This document shows positions 9,701 through 18,572 of a stretch of DNA of 64,000 nucleotides, one piece after another. Under the pieces are notes generated by a model. It did not search any database and was not told the DNA's origin. It saw only the letters and a program-made list of their open reading frames with translations. The first letter of the stretch is position 1; every line of letters begins with the position of its first letter. The translations under genes were made by a program, and so were the position numbers. Origin of the DNA: a bacterium (GTDB taxonomy: Bacteria > Zhuqueibacterota > Zhuqueibacteria > Residuimicrobiales > Krinioviventaceae); contig CAXXMD010000003.1 in NCBI GenBank assembly GCA_963675755.2, positions 2,432,001-2,496,000 of the forward strand, given 5' to 3'.

Positions 9701-12565
9701 CTTGCTACATTCTATGCCACAACCACGGGTGGCGACACCCTTTCGGTTGTTGTTGAAGAAGGTGGTAGTGTTGCCAATGTTAATTTTGGTTATGAAAAAA
9801 TATCAGGCTCTATTCAGGTTGTATTGTTTAATGATGACAACCGTGACGGCTTGTTAAGCGACGGCGAAGCCTTGCTGCCAGATGTACAGGTGGTACTGGG
9901 TGATTTTACCGGTGCGGAACTGAACAGCTTGTCCACCGACGCAGACGGCAGTGTTGTCTTTCCGGATCTGGAATCAGGCGTATACCTGGTATCTATCAAC
10001 ACCAAAGACTCTGATCTTCCGGAAGCCTACTGGCCAACCGTAGCCGACAATCCTTTTTATGTAACGCTGACACTTGAAGATCCTCAGGTGAGCACCCAGG
10101 TGGGTCTGAACACCATGAGCTCTGATGGTGGAATTATTGGTGACTTTGTATGGCACGATTCAAACTGGAACCGCGTACCCGAAGGTGATGAAGAAAACCT
10201 GCCATATGTAATGATCTATCTGTACAGACTGATCAACCCCTCAAGCGCGCGTGTTGGTCTTGACGGCAATATTATTCAGGAAAAAGTACTGGTAGACAGT
10301 GTACGCACGAACTATTTTGGAAATTATTATTTTACGGATGTAGAAGCCGGCGAGTATTTTGTAAAAGCGCATGAGATCCAGTATACCCAGGATAAAGAAT
10401 GGATGATCACATCCCGTGACTCTATGTATGTAGAGATCGGCGGTACAGATGTGAAACTGGACGCGGACTTTGGTTTTGCCGAAGAAAGCGAAGCAGAAAC
10501 CGGAACCATTAAAGGTTTTGTATTTAACGATCTGGATTCAGACAGAGAATACACAGACGGCGAACCGGGCCTTGCCGGAATCAGCGTGGAATTGTATAAA
10601 AAGAAAACACTGGTGGAAAGTGCGGTAACTGACGGTGACGGAAACGTAACCTTTAGTGATGTATTCCCCGGCGATTATAAATTAAGTGTAGACGGTGAAT
10701 CTCTGCCATTGAATTACGCGGTAACCACCAACAATGATCCTGAAGCGCTGTTCCTTGCAGGCTCCAGCGAATATGTTGGTCAGGGTTTTGGCGTAGCAGA
10801 AGAAGCTGACTGGGGCAAAACCCCGAACCGTATCATTGCGGCATACCAGAGCGGATATGACGCAGATGGCCGTTACTGGTCACAAGACAATCTTGGCGGC
10901 ACAGCCGATACCAGCTTAGTAGGCCAGTATAGCAGTGACGATGTAGATGTAATGGACTATCACATTCTTCAAGCCTGGGCCAGTGGAATTGACGGCTTTG
11001 CAGTGAACTGGTACGGCTGGTACTCGTGGGAAAACCAGGGCGTAAAATCTCTGCTTGACCGCGCGGAACTGTTAAATGATGCATATGGCGCCAAGGGATT
11101 CCATTTTGAGATCGCAGCCGCCATGAATGAAAACGCAAACGGTACACTGGACTCTAACCTGACCTATATCGCAGATTCTCTGCTTGCTCACAAAGCATAT
11201 TGGGGAACCGAACGCCAGGTAAAACGTCCGGTATTCATCAACAACCAGGAAGAAGCTTTGCTGCTTCCACAGACCATCAAGGCCTGTGCGGATACCACCA
11301 TGCCTATGGACATTATGCTGGTATTCAACGGCGCTTATGATGATTCCGTAGAATATATGGATGTTATGTATCCTTCATTGCAAACAGACCGTTATCCCTG
11401 GATGACCGGTGCGCAGTTTGATGAAGCCTTTTTGGATACAGTTTATACCCGCCTGGGCCAGATGGAACAGGCAGACCGCTCCGCCTTTACTGTGGGTGGT
11501 GTATGGCCGGGTTACGATGATCGTAACTGGGTAGAAGGACAGAACCAGTATGTAGACGCTGCAGATACCACGGTATTTGGCGCAAGCTGGCGCAAGATCC
11601 TTGAATATGAAGAACAATACTCGATCCCATGGACCATGGTACAGTCATGGAACGATTACAATCGTGGCACCGCCATTGAACCGGGATTCGGATACAACTA
11701 TAACTATAATGTGTTGACCCGCGATTACGCGCGTCTTTACAAAGATCCTCTGGTACCTGTAGATTCTGTAGGTGTTGCAGATATGGGTATGCTGGTACCG
11801 AGATACATTTACATGGCCAGACTGGCAGCCAGGGTACATCCTGAAAACGCTTCTGCAATTGAGGCACAGGTTGATCAGGCATACAGTCAGTTCTTTGACC
11901 GTGATTATGAACAGGCAATTTATACGGCAAACCAGGCTGCGGGATTGGTACCGCCAATTATCAGTGGTTTGGGTGTAGACGGTGTAGAGGTAACAATCAG
12001 CTGGGAAGCGGTTGCAACTGCAAACACCTATTATGTTCATGTCAGTAAAGACAGCGCAAGCTATATCCCCTGTGCGTTTGAAACCGCAGACATGATCAAC
12101 GCGGGTAATGTAACCAGCTTTACGTTGAGTGAGCTTGAACCCAACACCAAGTACTATATCGCTGTAACCTCAGGAGACAGTAACCTGGGTCGGTTCATGG
12201 ACAGCTGGTTCAAACGTGAAAATAATGCACCTAGCATTGAAGTGGTTGAAACCGGTGAAGAAACAACAACCGGCATCGCAGATGGTGAGAACGCATTGCC
12301 AAAATCCTTTGCACTGGATCAGAACTATCCCAACCCGTTCAACCCGAGAACGACCATCCAATATGCTCTGCCCAAGAAACAGCATGTTTCCATCAAGCTG
12401 TATAACACATTGGGTCAGCAAGTGATGACGTTAGTGGATCATGAACACAGTGCGGGATATTACAATGTGCAACTTGACGGCTCCAGTTTGGGAAGCGGCA
12501 TCTATTTCTATCGCATCATTAGCGAAGATTTTACTGCCACCCGCAAGCTGTTACTTGTAAAATAG
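6746..12565 (+). CDS. Giant secreted/surface protein, paralog of the upstream gene: signal peptide, N-terminal beta-rich domain, 2 ASH/Ig, SdrD-B repeats, GH99-like, FN3, sorting tail
   Basis: GTG start with GAGGAGG RBS; hydrophobic signal ending AYA. C-terminal two-thirds are nearly identical to the upstream gene at offset 6332. Confidence 0.9.
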   Translation: MNQNRKRYNYLNLWTFFLVLFMIGGFVQTSAYAYDAEGDGDYVPPGKIEFIGSSISTKEYRMTPADNGMPKTEGATYMQDTDNENNSLTGTSDGDMDTYPTRLDNTSSNHPIEFNIFMTGALPTENAVLTVYGYDVDEEQGEVNHVYFNGHFCGQMTGADGVWNTTTFILDKSWVQSGKNLVQYYIDVNNPGAASWLSAVDWGQLVIDGGVRGEADVDQIEYLSDSIGSSTVTVNARVPVEILVPGNFRIELNFKDPNGNVIGSISRDFVGSSVGEIVNQDYALTYNKSSATGTYTVEAIIFETDGNTLQVFKTMGFEHTSGTGPVSAPEMAVKGQGIEIADGSSTISTSNNTDFGTVDTGSNNALLFAIENEGSADLALSGSPLVVVGGTNASDFTVTSMPTTPIASGGGKVYFEVTFAPTGAGSRTATLSIANNDDDENPYNFTIGGTGNVTVMPEIDIRGNGTSISSGDITPSFNDSTLFGIADIQGGTISKTFVVHNTGDASLTVNSVSLSGPNPEAFSIVTDPSGSIAAGSSANLVVKFDPSTTGNKMAQVVVSNNDSDESNYIFSIQGYAYQASLDFTMTTNHVDAADEPGTSIALGDVVNWTYIITNTGTETLSDIVVTDDTLGTVGTIATLAAGATDSLTASSNAVSGLYKGSASLTTTFNSIELTDSDVSYYTGIPSSIAGHVWHDKNRDGIQDAGETGIENVSVNIYDDGSSLVTSDTTDADGNYTLTELEPGDYTLEFSDLTAHFVFSPKDQGEDDTADSDVNIETGITDVITLAMGENQATTDAGIYYPATKVAGFVWNDLNRDGKQQHEEPGVKDVVVTLYDSLSVVVGTYVLTDAEGKYEFNTLDFGTYSVGFADIPANFAFTTKDLGNEDEIDSDADHFTGITDAFFMLPGDSSMHVDAGLIEMTGIVSGSVFMDENGNGERDAGESPVEGTKVLLLGASTDSTFSNEQGGYEFAGVPAGSYKVTVKNDSLATFYATTTGGDTLSVVVEEGGSVANVNFGYEKISGSIQVVLFNDDNRDGLLSDGEALLPDVQVVLGDFTGAELNSLSTDADGSVVFPDLESGVYLVSINTKDSDLPEAYWPTVADNPFYVTLTLEDPQVSTQVGLNTMSSDGGIIGDFVWHDSNWNRVPEGDEENLPYVMIYLYRLINPSSARVGLDGNIIQEKVLVDSVRTNYFGNYYFTDVEAGEYFVKAHEIQYTQDKEWMITSRDSMYVEIGGTDVKLDADFGFAEESEAETGTIKGFVFNDLDSDREYTDGEPGLAGISVELYKKKTLVESAVTDGDGNVTFSDVFPGDYKLSVDGESLPLNYAVTTNNDPEALFLAGSSEYVGQGFGVAEEADWGKTPNRIIAAYQSGYDADGRYWSQDNLGGTADTSLVGQYSSDDVDVMDYHILQAWASGIDGFAVNWYGWYSWENQGVKSLLDRAELLNDAYGAKGFHFEIAAAMNENANGTLDSNLTYIADSLLAHKAYWGTERQVKRPVFINNQEEALLLPQTIKACADTTMPMDIMLVFNGAYDDSVEYMDVMYPSLQTDRYPWMTGAQFDEAFLDTVYTRLGQMEQADRSAFTVGGVWPGYDDRNWVEGQNQYVDAADTTVFGASWRKILEYEEQYSIPWTMVQSWNDYNRGTAIEPGFGYNYNYNVLTRDYARLYKDPLVPVDSVGVADMGMLVPRYIYMARLAARVHPENASAIEAQVDQAYSQFFDRDYEQAIYTANQAAGLVPPIISGLGVDGVEVTISWEAVATANTYYVHVSKDSASYIPCAFETADMINAGNVTSFTLSELEPNTKYYIAVTSGDSNLGRFMDSWFKRENNAPSIEVVETGEETTTGIADGENALPKSFALDQNYPNPFNPRTTIQYALPKKQHVSIKLYNTLGQQVMTLVDHEHSAGYYNVQLDGSSLGSGIYFYRIISEDFTATRKLLLVK

Positions 12566-12590
12566 AGACCCATTTACCACCTCATATAAT

Positions 12591-12626
12591 AAAGCCCTTA
12601 TCTGGATATTCAGGTAAGGGCTTTTT
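12591..12626. terminator. Intrinsic, probably bidirectional terminator
   Basis: AAAGCCCTTATCTG-GATATT-CAGGTAAGGGCTTTTT between convergent genes. Confidence 0.85.
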
Positions 12627-12656
12627 ATATTAATAATGATTGTAATTCAAAAAAGT

Positions 12657-13109
12657 TTAATCTATTGGCTCATCACCTGGTACTTCAACAATGTCAACTG
12701 TTAGCCAAGGACTATAAGCTTGCATACCTGCTACGTCAATAAAATCATCACCTTGTTTGAAAGCAGCTTCAACCCGTACAAATGTTTGAAATCTTTCACC
12801 ATCTCTTGGACTTGTAAATGGTAATTCTACAGAACGATACAAATCAAATGAATTATAACCTATATGTATTTTTTTGAATTGGTCTATGTTTCCCCTCTGA
12901 TTGGAAATTAAAGTTAATTCAATAATGCCAGAACACCAATCCGCCTGACTATTTGATCCACCACAAGAACCACCACCTTGCCCTATAACACCTAATATCG
13001 GATGTGAATAAATATTAGCTGATCCATTAACATAGGCAGGTGTATCTGAATATGCGGATGTAAAAAAACATAATATTCCAATTATAGATATAGTAATTAC
13101 TTTATTCAT
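12657..13109 (-). CDS. Hypothetical secreted protein (~150 aa)
   Basis: Start MNKVITISIIGILCFFTSAYS (signal peptide) overlaps the upstream stop (ATGAATAA); GGGG RBS. Confidence 0.65.
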   Translation of the reverse strand: MNKVITISIIGILCFFTSAYSDTPAYVNGSANIYSHPILGVIGQGGGSCGGSNSQADWCSGIIELTLISNQRGNIDQFKKIHIGYNSFDLYRSVELPFTSPRDGERFQTFVRVEAAFKQGDDFIDVAGMQAYSPWLTVDIVEVPGDEPID

Positions 13110-13590
13110 TTTTATCCCCTTCAAGATGAATTGGAAAAGATTGATTGTATATATTGGACGTTCCAATATATAATTTTTTGAATTTATAATTTGAATTACA
13201 ATCATCCGATATTATTGTTAAGTAGCTCCACATTCTGACAAAAAATGTATCATATGTAAAATGATGTAGAGCGATATTTTGAATGATTTCATAATTATTT
13301 GTATCACTTTTATCATATGTATAAAGTAATGTGGAATCTTTGTTAAAAACTTTTATTGTTGAATAGAATAAGTTGGCTTTAATTGATGAATCAATATATG
13401 ATCTTGAAAATAGAATCAATGAATCAACAGTTGGTTTATAATTTGCCGTACATATTGTGCCTATTGCTTTTTCTTGAAAGTTGATTGGTATCGTTTCAAT
13501 ATCTTTATGGTATGAGTCAGTTTTATTCTTTGTACAAATACAAAATGTTATCGGAATAAGTAATATAAAGATTTGTTTTTTTTTTGACAC
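13102..13590 (-). CDS. Hypothetical exported protein or lipoprotein
   Basis: GTG start with GGGGGAGG RBS; KKK then a hydrophobic stretch and Cys. Confidence 0.6.
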   Translation of the reverse strand: MSKKKQIFILLIPITFCICTKNKTDSYHKDIETIPINFQEKAIGTICTANYKPTVDSLILFSRSYIDSSIKANLFYSTIKVFNKDSTLLYTYDKSDTNNYEIIQNIALHHFTYDTFFVRMWSYLTIISDDCNSNYKFKKLYIGTSNIYNQSFPIHLEGDKNE

Positions 13591-13610
13591 TTCCTCCCCC
13601 TTTTTTAAAG

Positions 13611-16148
13611 TTAGTCTATAAGAAGTATTTTCCCTGTTATTATTTTTTTTGAAATTTTTATTTTGTAAAAATAGAGACCATTTCCAAGAGATTTTTTATG
13701 GCTATTTAATCCCTGCCAATAGATGTTGTGAGTACCTGTGGAAAGTTGTTTTTCTATCAAGTTTACATGTTGGCCTAATATGTTATAAATATCAATTCGG
13801 ACTGACGCGGCTTTATTTAATTGAATCTGAAGCGTACAGCCCTTTCCGTTTGATTGTCTGACTGGATTGGGATAGCTGCCCAGCAATTTAAAATCCTCTG
13901 TGATGGCAACATTTTCGTTGGTTATATTGCTTTGAATATCAGGGGTTCCAAAAATTAGGTGCAGTGGTTGTTTTACCTTTTGCCCATTCGTTTCGAATAG
14001 CAAGTCTAAGCGGATTGGGATTATTGTGCTGGTGGAGTAACCGGGTTTAAGCATGACAGGAATTTGTAATTCAGAGCCTTCATTTGGCTGTAAAATAGGT
14101 ATGGATTTTTCCTGCATGATCTGCAAAAAACTTGAATCTGAACTGCTGATGTAGATATTTGTCGCTTTAACTTTACCGATATTTTTCAATAAAAGTGTCA
14201 GATTGTCTATGGTACCCGAGGGTAACAGAGTATTGTTGTTTATTGTTTTATAGTCAGAAAGGTATAATGATGTTGTGGGCTCAGGAACCCTGTCCCGTGG
14301 TGCATGATAGAAAGCCGGTGTTGCGGTAAAAACAGTCCCCAGGATGTCATGGTCCAAGATCTTGAGGCATAAATCATAGTGACCAAAGGGCAGGTTTTCA
14401 GGAATAACTGCCTGGAAATGGCTATCTGAAATTTTATTGATTAAAAGGTCAAAAGTAGTATCGGCATTCGTTATTTGCAGGCTTTGATTTGTGTGTGTTG
14501 ATTCATATAACAAATAAAAGTTAATTATATTTGATTGACCGGGTATAACATGAGGAGTTATATGATTGTTTGAACGGATATCTATATGATAAAGAAATGG
14601 AAGTTCCCTGGAGGTACTGTTTCCATAAAAGTTTAGTTGTGAGTGGCCATATTTGTTTATTATATGATATGGACTTGAGTTTAATATGCATGTAAAGCTG
14701 GTGTTTTGAGAGGCATAAAAATTATATTTGTAAATATCTTCCGGATAGCCAATTATTTTTTGATTGTCTACTTGATAGTTATCAGTAAATACTCTTACAT
14801 CCGTTATGCGGGATTTGTTACTGGATAAATAATTATATACAAAATGCCCATTGGCACATTCAAGTCCTGCTGATGCGTCTCCATAATAATATACTCTGTA
14901 GAACGTAGAACTACTTTTCTCGCAAGTAAAAGCGGGAAAAAGAATGTTTGATGGATTGTTTTCAAGCAACAGTGAGTCATTTTCCTGCAAAGTGTTGAGG
15001 TGCACATTGTCTGTAAATAATTCTATGTTCTCATTGTAATACCATGGATTTAAATGTTTAAATTCTATCATACTGCCATCTAAATGTATTTGTCTACTTG
15101 GTTGCCAGGTAAGAACAGGGTTGTTCGTCAGGCTGTCCGAACCCCCTACAATTATATTGTAAGCAGTGAGAATGTTTTTTTCATTTTCAGTATTATATTC
15201 TGATTCTGATAGTTCAATTGTACCTGTAAAAGGCAAATTATCTTGGCTTTTAAAGCTAAGATTTTGTTTCTTGCAAGACAACCATTTTGAAAAGTCATGG
15301 TAAACGGTTCCACCAAACATTAAATATTTATTCAAAGTATTGTAGAGGTTTTGTTTTATATTATAAGAATGCAGATATTCAGGGCCATCTTTGAGATAGA
15401 GGTCATGCTCTGATTTTATGGTATGTTGATAATGTTGCAAATAGGTAATCAGGCTTTGAGTTTTGTCGTAAAACATTTTGATATGTAATATGGAAAAATC
15501 GTCATCAAGCATGTTGGAGTAAAAATTAAACTGCGGGTCATTAATCTGAAAGTTTATTGTCAGAGGTAAAAGCTGTCCATCATAGAGATGCGCCCAATAT
15601 AGATTTAATTTGTTTCTGTATATTGTTGTTGCATCTATGGGGTGTCCGTTTTGATGGTAATGTGTTTGTGGCGCTTGAAGATTTGCTGTTTGATGATTGA
15701 TGTGAATGTCCGTCGAGTCCGTTAGGTTGATATTTTTTTGCAAAATGCAATAATAGCTGGGGATTTTTCCAAGAGTGTCTTGTAATATGCTAAACAGGTG
15801 ATAGTGCCCATATTCGTTGTAATCGATTAAAGTGTAGCCAACATTATTGTACAATCTGCCTGTTGGAACATCATCTCGCCATATGAAAAGGTCTCTTACC
15901 TGTTTGTCAAAATGTATGACGAGTGTACCGGTTTCTGTATTTGTTTTATATTTTTCTTGAACTGTTTTGTTTGGATGGTTTGTTAGATTGAATGTTGAAT
16001 CAGGTAATCCAAAATTTTCATCAATAAGAATCGGTCGTACAGTCTTGAATAAGAACGATTTTAAATCGATTGTGATCTCTTTATAGTTAGCACTATAGGC
16101 AGTAAGCGATAATAGAAAAAAGACGAATCCTAAATATAATTTCCCCAT
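13611..16148 (-). CDS. Secreted protein with T9SS-type/FlgD-Ig C-terminal tail; body unrecognised
   Basis: Signal peptide; C-terminal YPNPV...IYNILGQ...WQG...NGLYFYKI; 845-aa AT-rich ORF. Confidence 0.75.
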   Translation of the reverse strand: MGKLYLGFVFFLLSLTAYSANYKEITIDLKSFLFKTVRPILIDENFGLPDSTFNLTNHPNKTVQEKYKTNTETGTLVIHFDKQVRDLFIWRDDVPTGRLYNNVGYTLIDYNEYGHYHLFSILQDTLGKIPSYYCILQKNINLTDSTDIHINHQTANLQAPQTHYHQNGHPIDATTIYRNKLNLYWAHLYDGQLLPLTINFQINDPQFNFYSNMLDDDFSILHIKMFYDKTQSLITYLQHYQHTIKSEHDLYLKDGPEYLHSYNIKQNLYNTLNKYLMFGGTVYHDFSKWLSCKKQNLSFKSQDNLPFTGTIELSESEYNTENEKNILTAYNIIVGGSDSLTNNPVLTWQPSRQIHLDGSMIEFKHLNPWYYNENIELFTDNVHLNTLQENDSLLLENNPSNILFPAFTCEKSSSTFYRVYYYGDASAGLECANGHFVYNYLSSNKSRITDVRVFTDNYQVDNQKIIGYPEDIYKYNFYASQNTSFTCILNSSPYHIINKYGHSQLNFYGNSTSRELPFLYHIDIRSNNHITPHVIPGQSNIINFYLLYESTHTNQSLQITNADTTFDLLINKISDSHFQAVIPENLPFGHYDLCLKILDHDILGTVFTATPAFYHAPRDRVPEPTTSLYLSDYKTINNNTLLPSGTIDNLTLLLKNIGKVKATNIYISSSDSSFLQIMQEKSIPILQPNEGSELQIPVMLKPGYSTSTIIPIRLDLLFETNGQKVKQPLHLIFGTPDIQSNITNENVAITEDFKLLGSYPNPVRQSNGKGCTLQIQLNKAASVRIDIYNILGQHVNLIEKQLSTGTHNIYWQGLNSHKKSLGNGLYFYKIKISKKIITGKILLID

Positions 16149-16168
16149 GATTTCCCCTTAATTATTCT

Positions 16169-16199
16169 AAGATATTGATTTTTTTTTTTTTACTGTCAA
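16169..16199 (-). promoter_or_regulatory. Sigma70-type promoter with an A13 tract in the spacer
   Basis: Minus strand reads TTGACA-GT(A)13TCAA-TATCTT, a 19-nt spacer. Confidence 0.5.
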
Positions 16200-16258
16200 G
16201 TATTTAAAAATATTTTTTGAATAAAGAATAATTTTTTTCAGATTAGATGTGGTTAGAA

Positions 16259-17422
16259 TTACCGTTTTTGGTTCAACGGTTTGATTGCGTTCAGATACCC
16301 ATCTAAATAGCGGCTGTCTGAATTTACATCGGCCCAGAGTACAGCTACTTCATTTGCCAATGATTTATTTTGTGTCGAAAGCGAGTAATTTCCCCATTGC
16401 CCCAAAAGTTTTTCAATTTTTTGGTAATCCTCATCTTCCAGAATATCCAGCATCATGATCTCCTGGGTCAGACGGTCCACGTCTTGCCATATTTTTTTGC
16501 TGAATTGCAGTCCCATAAAGTTAAAATAGGATGCTTTGGTATTTTGGATAAATTCTTTATATGATGGATATCGATACGCGGCATCTGCAAACACACCGAA
16601 TGCCTGATCAAAATTTTTGTCTTCAAAAAGTTTGATACCCCATTTCTGGTACAAATTGATCTCGAAATTAATGTTTGAGCGAGAGTCCTGGTTGAAATAC
16701 TGGGCCAGTACCACAAAATCATAAGCCTGACTGTAATTCTTGTGCTGCATGGCCATATAAGCGCGGTTATAGGCCAGCAATCCCAAAAGTTCAGTGTTGT
16801 TAATGGGGCGTCCTTTGGAATTTTCATAGGCATAGAGCCTGTCCAGACCAATCTGGTAGGTACGGTCATCGGGATAAAATTGGCGCAGGTATTGGGTATA
16901 CTCGCGCAGGTTTTCCATAATATTGAATCCCATTCCTGATGTGTTTTCAACGGTCAGCTGCCGATCAAAATTTTTAAATATGGTATAGGTATGTGTGGGA
17001 GTTTCGAATGCTTCGGTATAGAGTCCCATATCCTCACAGATCAGATTGAACAGGATTGTGCCAGCCACACAATTAAAACGCTTTTCGCGCACCACATCCA
17101 GCAGGGTGGTGGCCATTTCCTTGTATTCCAGCAGCCAATTCTGATGCAGGTAGGCAAAGATACTGGCGGCTTTTTGTTCCCGTTCAACCGGATTGAAATT
17201 GTAACTTTTGAGTGCATCTATCAGGTTGTTGTACCATTGCGTATATTTTTCCAGCGAATCGGGCTGATTGGCACCTGAAAGGATAAACGCGGCCTGTACC
17301 TTTGTAAACGCGTTGAGCTCTCCGTCTTCAATATCTTTGGTGAGTTTGAATTCCAGATAAGATTCCGCCAAAAGCGGGGTGGTGAAAAGCAATAGGAGCA
17401 AAAAACTGATAACTGGTCTCAT
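16259..17422 (-). CDS. Exported transglutaminase-like (Cys-His) protein with helical/TPR-like C-terminus
   Basis: Signal peptide; TTLLDVV...RFNCVAGTILF...ETPTHTY...VENT motif typical of transglutaminase-like cores. Confidence 0.6.
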   Translation of the reverse strand: MRPVISFLLLLLFTTPLLAESYLEFKLTKDIEDGELNAFTKVQAAFILSGANQPDSLEKYTQWYNNLIDALKSYNFNPVEREQKAASIFAYLHQNWLLEYKEMATTLLDVVREKRFNCVAGTILFNLICEDMGLYTEAFETPTHTYTIFKNFDRQLTVENTSGMGFNIMENLREYTQYLRQFYPDDRTYQIGLDRLYAYENSKGRPINNTELLGLLAYNRAYMAMQHKNYSQAYDFVVLAQYFNQDSRSNINFEINLYQKWGIKLFEDKNFDQAFGVFADAAYRYPSYKEFIQNTKASYFNFMGLQFSKKIWQDVDRLTQEIMMLDILEDEDYQKIEKLLGQWGNYSLSTQNKSLANEVAVLWADVNSDSRYLDGYLNAIKPLNQKR

Positions 17423-17513
17423 AATCTTTCTTGTTTATTGTTTTCAATTCGTATATATTACTATATATTCAAGTCTTATTCAACGAAAAAGTTTCACCAT
17501 CAGGGAAAAACGG

Positions 17514-18572
17514 ATGAAAAAGAGTGCAATTGCAGTTTTGTTTTTGATAATTATTTACAGCACAGGGGCTGTATCTGCGGATTATATCGGATTTCAGCAC
17601 GAATATTTTCTGGAACAACATCCCAGTGCCAAGGCTAATGCAATGGGACACGGAATGACCGCGCTTTCGGATGGCGCATTTAGTGCTTATTATAATCCTG
17701 CCGGTATTATTGCAAACGCGGGATTTTCTGCGGCTTATTCAGAGATCAGTCCGTATTATTTTATTGACGATGCCAGGTACAGTTATTTTGGTCTTACACA
17801 AGAGTGGGGCAACTGGGGCACCGTGGGCTTGAGTCAATATAAATTTGACGCCAAGGCCGGGGGCGTTACAGATGAAAGTGGATCTCCTCAGAAAATGACC
17901 TTGTCCATGAATACGCTCACCCTAAGTCAGAATGTTTTCTGGGACCTTGCCCTGGGTTTTAATTTTAACCTGTATTATTATAAAGATTATTACGCACAGG
18001 ACCATTTTTCATTTCCGGTTGATATCGGATTGTTAAAGAGTTTTTTGATTAAAAGCGAGACCTCACCTCAGAAATTTACCCTGGGCATGGTTATGAAAAA
18101 TGTATTGGCATCCACGATTGATGATGCCGGATTGGGTGATGTTGCTGTATTACCCGTCACATTTAGAGCAGGTGCCGGTTGGGAAACCATACTGATGAAC
18201 CAGGAGGTCATTACGGGATTTCTGCTTTTGGGTATGGAAACAAACATCGAGTATGAGAATATTCTTAATGCCGGTAACCATTCCGCTTACAAGGCAGGTA
18301 CGCAACTCTCTTTGCTTGAATTGTTTTTTGTGCGTCTGGGATATTACAGCTATAGCTTTGATCCTGAATTGGGTGGTAAAGATTCAACAAGTGATTTTAC
18401 ATGGGGACTGGGTGTGCAGGTCTACCTGGATGATTTTGTAGAAAGACATTTCCCGCTTTACCTGCGACTCGATTATGCTCAATTGACGCCCCCTACATAC
18501 AAAACCGGCCTGGAAGACAAGACCAATATGACCCTGGGCGTGCAACTACAGTGGATGTTTGATGATGAATGA
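17514..18572 (+). CDS. PorV/PorQ-family (FadL-like) outer-membrane beta-barrel
   Basis: Signal peptide; PSAKANAMG...SAYYNPAG N-terminal motif; DIGLL, LPVTFRAG and FVRLGY amphipathic strands. Confidence 0.7.
   Translation: MKKSAIAVLFLIIIYSTGAVSADYIGFQHEYFLEQHPSAKANAMGHGMTALSDGAFSAYYNPAGIIANAGFSAAYSEISPYYFIDDARYSYFGLTQEWGNWGTVGLSQYKFDAKAGGVTDESGSPQKMTLSMNTLTLSQNVFWDLALGFNFNLYYYKDYYAQDHFSFPVDIGLLKSFLIKSETSPQKFTLGMVMKNVLASTIDDAGLGDVAVLPVTFRAGAGWETILMNQEVITGFLLLGMETNIEYENILNAGNHSAYKAGTQLSLLELFFVRLGYYSYSFDPELGGKDSTSDFTWGLGVQVYLDDFVERHFPLYLRLDYAQLTPPTYKTGLEDKTNMTLGVQLQWMFDDE

Noticed and set aside
5540-12260. Diversity-generating retroelement TR/VR pair between the paralogs
   Set aside because: Differences are not adenine-specific, are mostly synonymous over kilobases, and no reverse transcriptase is present.
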